Shown: piece by piece, positions 35,406 through 42,437 of the stretch | Numbering within the stretch: position 1 is the stretch's first letter | How the letters are laid out: each line of letters opens with the position of its first letter | DNA from: Clostridia bacterium | GTDB taxonomy: Bacteria > Bacillota > Clostridia > Christensenellales > UBA1242 | DNA: 64,000 nt | Assembly (NCBI GenBank): GCA_017478185.1 | Contig: JAFVEA010000009.1 | Coordinates: forward strand, 370,527-434,526 | Direction: 5' to 3' | Translations under genes and position numbers: made by a program | The notes under the pieces: generated by a model | What the model saw: only the letters and a program-made list of their open reading frames with translations | Told to the model about the DNA's origin: nothing | Databases searched by the model: none

Positions 35406-38243
35406 ATGAAAAAAGTTATGACAAGGTTTTTTAGTCTGCTTTTTGCGTTTGCCTTCTCTTTTTTTTGTTGCGGTTGCACTTTCACTTATAACAAAGAAGA
35501 TGTAACACCGAGGTCAGATTATTATGTGCCATCACCAACCCCTTCAACCGATTCATCCAGCAGTGATGATGATTCATCAGACGAAGAAGAAAGTGGAGGC
35601 TACACTGGTTCTGGAGAATTTTTGCGTAATGGCAAAGGTGAATATGTTGGCTATAGTGGATATTGGAAGAAATTTTCTGGCATCCGGCTTTCAACAAACC
35701 CACAAGTTTATGATGTTCCAAATGATGTTTATGAAGACACAAAATCAGAGCGTGAAAGATTTTTTAGAAATGTTTATGAACAATTTGATGTTTTATCGCA
35801 AGTTATAGAAAATTATATGAACGGAGTTTTTGGCTTGGGTGTGGATGAAAACACTTTTTCTAGTGGGGATTATCATATAAAAACTGCTGCATTAAACCCA
35901 ATTGTTAAATTAGATTATGATCAAGATGAAGAATATAACAAAATGATTGGCAACACAACCGAAAACATAATGAACACCTATTTAACTGGTTGGACTTATG
36001 AAAAAAAAGGGGATGTTTATGAGTTAACGCAAAACAAAGCTTCTTCTGATGATTCAAAAAAATTTAAAATTAATTTTTCGGATTCAGAAAAGAGCACTCA
36101 GAACAAAAATTTTGTTATAGCAAGGCTTATGGAAATTGTTTTGAAAAAAGAAGAAAAAACAACTTATTCTTTTGCGGAAAATGAAACAAACATAAATGAC
36201 AGAATAAATGGCTATCAAAAAGAATTTAATCAGCTTGGTTTTGACTATAGCAAAATTGAACAGGCTGTTGTTGATTTTATAAAAACAGAACTTATTGGTG
36301 AAGATGTTATAAATTATTATAAAAGTTCAAAAAGCTTTTCAGAACCATATATTGATGAAAACAACAATGGGCAGTTTGATGAGCCTGAACCTTTTGTTGA
36401 AGATGATTTAGATTTTATAAAACAAACATTTATAGAAGGAACTTATCAATATTTTGTTGATGTAAACAAAAATGGCATAAAAAACAGCAATGAGCCACTT
36501 TTAAGAGATATCATACGAGAAGGGGACTCCGAAAGCGGAATTTATTATTATGATAGTTCTAATTTTGAAGGCTTGTTTTTAGACGGCATAATGTGTGATG
36601 ATAATTATGGAATTTATTATATAAATGAAGACGATAATGGGGAGTTTAATGAGGGAGAAGAAATAATGCTTACAACAAAAATTGTTAGTATGCATTATTA
36701 TGATGTAAATGAAAACAGCACATTTGACGGTGATGATCAAAAATTGTTAAAAGATGAAACTGGGAATTTTTATTATATAGATAACGATGCTGACGGCGTG
36801 TTTACACAAGACACAGACCAAAAAATCACAGAACATATTGTTAATATGTATTATTTTGATGCAAACAGCAATAAAGTGTTTGATTCTGGTGACAAAGTTT
36901 TAAAGTATGATGCAAGTGGGCAGTTTTATTATTGTGATAAAGATGAAAATGGAGAATACACATCAGGCGAACCAATGTTTAGATTTGCTCCAACAATAGA
37001 GCGTTATTTTCAAGATTTGATTAACAACACAAAATGGGATAATGAATTATATTTTGATATAAACAACAATAAGCAATATGATTCAAGCTTTAGCGTGAGC
37101 GAAAATGAACCATTTTGTTTTGATTTAGATTCTTATATAAATGATTTTAGTGATTACCTAAAAACATATATAAACGGTGAGCCTTTTGATGATGAAGATG
37201 AAGACGGCAAATATAAATATGGCGAGCCTGGTGACCCAGGTGAATCATTTGTTGATGCCAACAAAAATGGAATATATGATGAAGGACTTTTTAAGATTGT
37301 GTCAGTTGAAGTTTTGGATATTGAATCAAAAACATATTTTCATCCAGGCATAAAAGCTGTGTATGAAAAAACAACAAATGAAGATGACGAAGAAGAGTGG
37401 GTTTTAAAGCAAAAACGAACTTTAACAAATATGCCATATGACAGTTACACAAGTTGTGTGTTTGTTGCAAACGATAGCATTCCATTTTCAAATATTAACA
37501 TCTATGTTGATTCTGAAGAAGATTTTTTGCTTGACATTTATTTGAAATTTTATGTCAATTCTGAAAATTATTTTATCACAAAGCTTTGCGCTTTAAATTT
37601 GGATCACACACAAAGTTGTGATTTTATTGGGGATTATGAAGAAAGGCTCCGAAAATCAACTGGTGAGGTTGAAAACGGCGAAACCGCGTGGGAAACTCAA
37701 AGAGATTTTTGTTATGATTCTGAAATCAAACGAAATGCAATTAGTTATTTGTCTGTTGGAAAATATTTTAAAAATTTAACAAAAGATGATTACATTTTAA
37801 ATTATAATTTGCCAGAAGATCTTGAGCAAGAGTTTGATGAACTAGGGGATGAAAAAGAATTAGGAATAATGGCGATTCTTGTTCGTGCTGGAGTTATTGA
37901 AAAATTAAATGAAGAAATAAAATATAACCAAAGAGTTGATGAAAATGAAAAAACTTGGGGTTATCACACAAGCAAGGTTAACAACCATGAAGTTGGTTAT
38001 AACTATAGCTATCAAACAATAAAAAAATCTTTCACTGATGAAAATAAAAACGGAGAGTATGATGAGGGCGAACAGTTTGTTGACAGCAATGGAAACGGCA
38101 TATATGATGAAGGAGATGAACTCAAAGCTCTTTGTTATGACAACCCAGATGAAACCTATTTTGAATTTGTTTTTGTTCCTCATCAAAATGAAAGTGCACA
38201 AAATTATAATTTTAAGTTTTTAATAACAACACCAAACTTATAA
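35406..38243 (+). CDS. large probable lipoprotein (945 aa) with an array of EF-hand-like Ca-binding loops
   Basis: GGGAGGG RBS. The signal peptide ends in FFCCGC (a non-canonical lipobox), followed by an S/D/E-rich linker. About 12 D-x-[DN]-x-[DN]-G-x-[FY]-x-x-x-[DE] loops lie between nt 36354 and 38117. Terminator at 38253-38285. Confidence 0.7.
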   Translation: MKKVMTRFFSLLFAFAFSFFCCGCTFTYNKEDVTPRSDYYVPSPTPSTDSSSSDDDSSDEEESGGYTGSGEFLRNGKGEYVGYSGYWKKFSGIRLSTNPQVYDVPNDVYEDTKSERERFFRNVYEQFDVLSQVIENYMNGVFGLGVDENTFSSGDYHIKTAALNPIVKLDYDQDEEYNKMIGNTTENIMNTYLTGWTYEKKGDVYELTQNKASSDDSKKFKINFSDSEKSTQNKNFVIARLMEIVLKKEEKTTYSFAENETNINDRINGYQKEFNQLGFDYSKIEQAVVDFIKTELIGEDVINYYKSSKSFSEPYIDENNNGQFDEPEPFVEDDLDFIKQTFIEGTYQYFVDVNKNGIKNSNEPLLRDIIREGDSESGIYYYDSSNFEGLFLDGIMCDDNYGIYYINEDDNGEFNEGEEIMLTTKIVSMHYYDVNENSTFDGDDQKLLKDETGNFYYIDNDADGVFTQDTDQKITEHIVNMYYFDANSNKVFDSGDKVLKYDASGQFYYCDKDENGEYTSGEPMFRFAPTIERYFQDLINNTKWDNELYFDINNNKQYDSSFSVSENEPFCFDLDSYINDFSDYLKTYINGEPFDDEDEDGKYKYGEPGDPGESFVDANKNGIYDEGLFKIVSVEVLDIESKTYFHPGIKAVYEKTTNEDDEEEWVLKQKRTLTNMPYDSYTSCVFVANDSIPFSNINIYVDSEEDFLLDIYLKFYVNSENYFITKLCALNLDHTQSCDFIGDYEERLRKSTGEVENGETAWETQRDFCYDSEIKRNAISYLSVGKYFKNLTKDDYILNYNLPEDLEQEFDELGDEKELGIMAILVRAGVIEKLNEEIKYNQRVDENEKTWGYHTSKVNNHEVGYNYSYQTIKKSFTDENKNGEYDEGEQFVDSNGNGIYDEGDELKALCYDNPDETYFEFVFVPHQNESAQNYNFKFLITTPNL
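36354..38117 (+). repeat. region of dispersed EF-hand-like loop repeats (protein level)
   Basis: Loops read from the translation:
- DENNNGQFDEPE
- DVNKNGIKNSNE
- NEDDNGEFNEGE
- DVNENSTFDGDD
- DNDADGVFTQDT
- DANSNKVFDSGD
- DKDENGEYTSGE
- DINNNKQYDSS
- DEDEDGKYKYGE
- DANKNGIYDEG
- DENKNGEYDEGE
- DSNGNGIYDEGD
They are often preceded by an aromatic YY/YF. Confidence 0.7.
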
Positions 38244-38252
38244 CACAAAAAC

Positions 38253-38285
38253 AAAAAACTTAAGGCTTTTTGCCTTAAGTTTTTT
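38253..38285 (+). terminator. intrinsic terminator after the lipoprotein gene
   Basis: ACTTAAGGC/GCCTTAAGT stem followed by T5. Confidence 0.7.
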
Positions 38286-38396
38286 CATAAAAATTGGTTT
38301 TTTTGGCAAAATAAAAATATATTTGTATTTTTTTGTTAAATTTGTTGGACTTTAATTTTTATATTTGTTAAAATTTATAAAAAAGGAGGTTGCTTG

Positions 38397-41348
38397 ATGG
38401 ATTTTTTCATGATAGGTAATTGCTTGATGACTTTTTTCATGCTTGGTGCTGATGATACGTTGCACAAAGCTCTTGATGTTTTGAGGAAAAACAACCCTAT
38501 TTTTGAAGGAATTGGTGTTATTTGGGATACTGTAACTGGTGACCCTATAGGAAATATAGCATCAGAAATATCAACATTTTTTACAGGAACAATAATGCCA
38601 ATCATAACTGCTCCTATCGCGTTTTTATTGTATTCTTTTCAAGTGGGCTTCTTTTATTTAATTGATTGTGTTCAAGCAATTTTTAAATCCATGGCAGGGC
38701 TTTCTGTTCATTATAAAGATGGAGAGGTTAAGGGCGCCATAGATGACAGCGCTTTACCTGAAGATATTGTTGTTTCGATGATCCAAAGCAATGTTATAAT
38801 GGATGTTTTTTGGTCTGTTTTGGTGGCCTCAGTTATGCTTGTTTTTATTATGTCCATAATAGCCATTGTCCGGCAAGAATTCACCGAGCAAGGTGCGGGC
38901 AATTCAAAAACAAAGATTATAGGAAAAGCCATAAAAGCAATAGCCTATTTTGCAATTGTTCCTATTGTTTGTATTGGCGGAATTTATATTTCAAACATCT
39001 TTTTAAGAACTTTTGACAAAGTCACATCAAACGGCTCTTATTCGCTTAGCCGAACAGTGTTTTACGCAGCGGCGCAAGGAGCAAACAGATTGGCTAATTC
39101 TGAAGAAAGATATAACAAATTGATGCATGGTGATGATCAGTGGAAGAAAGATGTTCGACAAGTTTTAGGAATTAGTAGTTATGCTGGCACAGATTTTGAG
39201 GTTGGTGATAATGCCAATAATGTGGCCCATGCTATTGATAATGCGTTTTTACGAGATTTAGATAATAATATAAAATATGTCAATTATGTTGCGATTAATT
39301 TAAACTTATCTGATAAAAGCGTAACTTATTATGCTCGTCCCACACCACAAAATCCAGTTGTTTATTTGATGAATGTAAAAACTGACACTATAGATAATAA
39401 GACATATATGGTGAGTGAGGAGTTGGCCGTCATTAATGATAAGTATGTTAGTATGGATTTTAGTAAATTTATAACATTCACCGTAGATGAGAATGGTTTT
39501 TACACATATAAATGGAATGGCGATCAACTTGAAGCAACGCGTACAATAGTGGAAAGCGTTGGTTGTAATCCATCAGATGTTAAAGAGCCTACCTTCCCTA
39601 CTTTCGACAAGAAAAGACTTTATATTAAGACTGGAGGCCTTGATGATATTCCTATGCTTGGTTTATTCTTAATAAATGGTGTTGATATAAACTTCACCAC
39701 CTTTTCAATCACGAACATACAGCTTGTTTTCTATTTTTATGATTTGTTTATGGGGTATAACTATATTCTAGGCTATGTTGGTGGCTTTACGGCTGCAATG
39801 TTGTTGCTTTCAACCTGCCTTGGGCTAATTCAAAGAATTTATGAGCTTGTCATATTGTTTGTGATTTCGCCAGCATTTATTTCATTCATGCCACTTGATG
39901 ACGGCAAAAAATATGAAGGTTGGCGAGCTCAGTTTGTTAGCCGTGTTGGAATGGCATATGGGCCAGTTATTGGAATAAACCTTATGTTCATTGTTTTGGC
40001 AGAACTTCAACACATAACAATCTTCCCAACTGGAGGCATAAACACATTGTTTAACGCAATTGTGAACCTAATCTTCATGATTGTTGGGCTTTTGGCTGTT
40101 AAAGAGTTTTCATCAATGATTTCAGGCCTTTTGGGGCAAAGCGATGCCCTAAAAACTGGTGAAGGCTTAAAAGAAGGCACTCAAAAAATGGCTGGCAGAA
40201 TTGCTGGTGGAACCATTTCCGCCGCAAGAACTGGACAGGCGATTACAAAGGCAGCATATGCAAGCACTTTTGGGAGAAGTGGAAAACAGACGGGTGCTAG
40301 AGGCTGGGTAAATAGAAGGATGGGAATAAACAGTAAAAAAGATTCAGATGAAAAGAAGTTAGGAAATCAAATGAAAGCAATGCTTAATGGAGATAAAAGT
40401 GAAATTGGTGGTGCTTGGCAACAATTTACAAAATCAGCAGGAAAAGGTTTTGAACGTTATTTAACCCAAAAAGGAATTGCCGGAGCAACTGAAAATGGGG
40501 AATCTTTTGTTGGAGCGTTGCCATTTTGGAAGACAAAAAAAGGAAGAGGCACTATTACAGAAAGAGATAAAGATAAAAAAGAGGATAAAGAGGCAGCTGA
40601 TGCTAAGAAAACTAAAAGAACTGAACTTGATACAGAAAAAGAGTGGAAAGAAGAACAAGCTGCCAAAAAACACAACATTCTTCCTGTGGGAGAAGTTGAT
40701 AAAGCAACTGGGAAAAAGAAGGAAGCATATACTGAAGATGAGCAAAAAGTTATTGATGAAGAACTAAAATCAGGTGGCGCAGGAGGTGGCGCAACTGGAG
40801 AAGGCAGTGCAGGCTCTGGTGGAAATGTTGAAACCTTTAATGCTCAAGTGTTAAATGTTGGTGGTGTTAATGGGAAAGGCGAAGCTGCAGATAACAATAT
40901 TAATGTTGAAAACCCAGATGAAGTTACTGTTGAAGCACCGCCAGAAGGCATGGATGATGAAACCTTGAATGCGATGTCTGCCGCTATGGGTAACCCAGTT
41001 ACAGTTGAGACAAATGAAACCAATGTTAATAGTGATGAAACAGAAGATGACGTTAATAGTGCTGAGATTAACAATGAACAAGCAGAAACCCAAAAAGATG
41101 GCGAGAAAAGTGAGGAGAAGACTCAAGATGTCAATGTTAAGAATCAAGTTGGTGTTAAAGCAAACGACGGACAAAAGGTTTCAATAATAACTGAATCATT
41201 AGGCCCATTGGTAACAAAACTAGAGAGAGTTGTGGACGGACTTATTGATTTGAAACAAGGCATAAAAGATCAAACAGAGATAATAAAAACCTTAAGTGTT
41301 TCTAAAAAAGCCTCAGGATCTTTCTTTGGACGCCTTAGAGGAAAATGA
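38397..41348 (+). CDS. polytopic membrane protein, VirB6/TrbL-like T4SS channel candidate, with a ~400-aa charged C-terminal tail
   Basis: GGAGG lies 7 nt before the ATG at 38397. About 7-8 TM segments surround a ~200-aa loop. The core LIQRIYELVILFVISPAFISFMPLDDGKKYEGWRAQFVSRV resembles the conserved VirB6/TrbL-type core. From about nt 40140 the sequence is K/E/D/G-rich and low-complexity. Confidence 0.6.
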   Translation: MDFFMIGNCLMTFFMLGADDTLHKALDVLRKNNPIFEGIGVIWDTVTGDPIGNIASEISTFFTGTIMPIITAPIAFLLYSFQVGFFYLIDCVQAIFKSMAGLSVHYKDGEVKGAIDDSALPEDIVVSMIQSNVIMDVFWSVLVASVMLVFIMSIIAIVRQEFTEQGAGNSKTKIIGKAIKAIAYFAIVPIVCIGGIYISNIFLRTFDKVTSNGSYSLSRTVFYAAAQGANRLANSEERYNKLMHGDDQWKKDVRQVLGISSYAGTDFEVGDNANNVAHAIDNAFLRDLDNNIKYVNYVAINLNLSDKSVTYYARPTPQNPVVYLMNVKTDTIDNKTYMVSEELAVINDKYVSMDFSKFITFTVDENGFYTYKWNGDQLEATRTIVESVGCNPSDVKEPTFPTFDKKRLYIKTGGLDDIPMLGLFLINGVDINFTTFSITNIQLVFYFYDLFMGYNYILGYVGGFTAAMLLLSTCLGLIQRIYELVILFVISPAFISFMPLDDGKKYEGWRAQFVSRVGMAYGPVIGINLMFIVLAELQHITIFPTGGINTLFNAIVNLIFMIVGLLAVKEFSSMISGLLGQSDALKTGEGLKEGTQKMAGRIAGGTISAARTGQAITKAAYASTFGRSGKQTGARGWVNRRMGINSKKDSDEKKLGNQMKAMLNGDKSEIGGAWQQFTKSAGKGFERYLTQKGIAGATENGESFVGALPFWKTKKGRGTITERDKDKKEDKEAADAKKTKRTELDTEKEWKEEQAAKKHNILPVGEVDKATGKKKEAYTEDEQKVIDEELKSGGAGGGATGEGSAGSGGNVETFNAQVLNVGGVNGKGEAADNNINVENPDEVTVEAPPEGMDDETLNAMSAAMGNPVTVETNETNVNSDETEDDVNSAEINNEQAETQKDGEKSEEKTQDVNVKNQVGVKANDGQKVSIITESLGPLVTKLERVVDGLIDLKQGIKDQTEIIKTLSVSKKASGSFFGRLRGK

Positions 41349-41480
41349 AATTAAATTATTGAGATAAAACACTTCAAAACACCCAAGATAAACCACGGGA
41401 CAAAAAAGCTTAAAAAAGATAACGGGGCAAATAAAAAGCCTTAAACAAAAAGCTTTGTTTAACACAAAGGTTAAGAACAA

Positions 41481-41508
41481 AAAAAGCACAAAATTTGTGC
41501 TTTTTTTG
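41481..41508 (+). terminator. intrinsic terminator after the VirB6-like gene
   Basis: AGCACAAA/TTTGTGCT hairpin followed by T7. Confidence 0.65.
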
Positions 41509-41536
41509 TTGTTTTTAGAGATGAGGTTTATTTTTT

Positions 41537-41742
41537 GTCATTCTGAGGAGGCACGAAGTGCCGACGTGAGAATCTCAGAGATTGCCACAGCCCTAAAGGG
41601 CTTCGCAATGACATAAAGGAGTTGAGATTGCCACGCAAGATAAATCCTGCTCGCAATGACAGAGGAGGAGTGTCATTCTGAGAAACGAAGTCTCTATTCT
41701 CTGTCATTCTGAGGAGGCACGAAGTGCCGACGTGAGAATCTC
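41537..41742. repeat. cluster of nested-hairpin repeats (5 units, both orientations)
   Basis: Two identical 40-mers, GTCATTCTGAGGAGGCACGAAGTGCCGACGTGAGAATCTC, lie at 41537-41576 and 41703-41742. Reverse-orientation units GAGATTGCCAC...CGCAATGACA lie at 41578-41613 and 41624-41661. A degenerate unit lies at 41672-41701. Confidence 0.9.
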
Positions 41743-41778
41743 CTTGACAAAGTTTTTTTATTGTTATAGACTTATTCT

Positions 41779-42057
41779 ATGGAATATTATGTTTACATTT
41801 TAAGCAATAAAACAAATAGTGTTTTATATGTTGGAGTTACAAATAATTTAGTAAAGCGTGTTTTTGAACATAAAAGCAAAGTCATTGAAGGCTTTACAAA
41901 AAAATATAACATTAATAAATTGATTTATTATGAAATAACAACAGATATTTATAGTGCGATAACACGAGAAAAACAAATTAAAAGTTGGAATAGAAAAAGA
42001 AAAATTGATTTAATTGCAACAACTAACCCTGATTTTAAAGAGCTTGATATAGTATGA
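41779..42057 (+). CDS. small GIY-YIG nuclease family protein (COG2827/UPF0213-like, 92 aa)
   Basis: YVYILSNKTNSVLYVGVTNNLVKRVFEHK and REKQIKSWNRKRKIDLI are hallmark motifs. There is no SD. TTGACA at 41744-41749 abuts the upstream repeat. Confidence 0.85.
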   Translation: MEYYVYILSNKTNSVLYVGVTNNLVKRVFEHKSKVIEGFTKKYNINKLIYYEITTDIYSAITREKQIKSWNRKRKIDLIATTNPDFKELDIV

Positions 42058-42064
42058 TAATTCA

Positions 42065-42249
42065 GAGATTGCCACAGCCCTAAAGGGCTTCGCAATGACA
42101 TAAAATATAAGTAAAGTCCCATGCAATAAAATGACATAAAATATAAGTAAAGCCCCGTGCAATAACAAGAAGAAAAATTATTCTGAAATAAAAAAGCTAT
42201 TTCAACCCACCTGTCATTCTGAGCAAAACTTGTTTTGCGTGAGAATCTC
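42065..42249. repeat. repeat cluster downstream of the GIY-YIG gene
   Basis: 42065-42100 is identical to 41578-41613 (36 nt). A tandem 36-bp direct repeat lies at 42095-42130 and 42131-42166. The unit GTCATTCTGAGCAAAACTTGTTTTGCGTGAGAATCTC lies at 42213-42249. Confidence 0.9.
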
Positions 42250-42325
42250 TTGTAATTAAAAGTAAATGAACAAGATTTTTTTTGCTTCTATCCGCGAAAA
42301 AATCTTCTAAGAACTTTTGTGGGTT

Positions 42326-42390
42326 AACATACAAAGCTGTTGTTTTTTGTATGTTTTTTTGCAAAAAGGCCAAAAATGTTTGGCTTTTTT
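42326..42390 (+). terminator. two consecutive terminator-like hairpins
   Basis: AACATACAAA/TTTGTATGTT followed by T6 (42326-42360), and GCCAAA/TTTGGC followed by T6 (42363-42390). Confidence 0.55.
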
Positions 42391-42408
42391 AAAATATTAT
42401 ATTATAAT
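42380..42408 (+). promoter_or_regulatory. sigma70-like promoter of the VirB4-like gene
   Basis: TTGGCT, a 17-nt spacer, then TATAAT, 30 nt upstream of the ATG at 42438. Confidence 0.4.
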
Positions 42409-42437
42409 TTAGTTAAAATAAAAATAGGGGAACAAAA

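Noticed and set aside
40457-41187. Cluster of overlapping 70-107-aa ORFs in several frames within the VirB6-like tail.
   Set aside because: The low-complexity, purine-rich coding sequence (K/E/G codons) leaves alternative frames open. Only the long frame is continuous with the membrane domain.
41537-42249. Possible CRISPR array, given the repeated ~36-40-nt palindromic units.
   Set aside because: Units occur in both orientations. Spacing is irregular, from 1 nt to several hundred nt. The repeat sequences themselves vary in their inner stems. A protein gene sits between them, and no cas genes are nearby. The pattern fits REP/MITE-like elements better.
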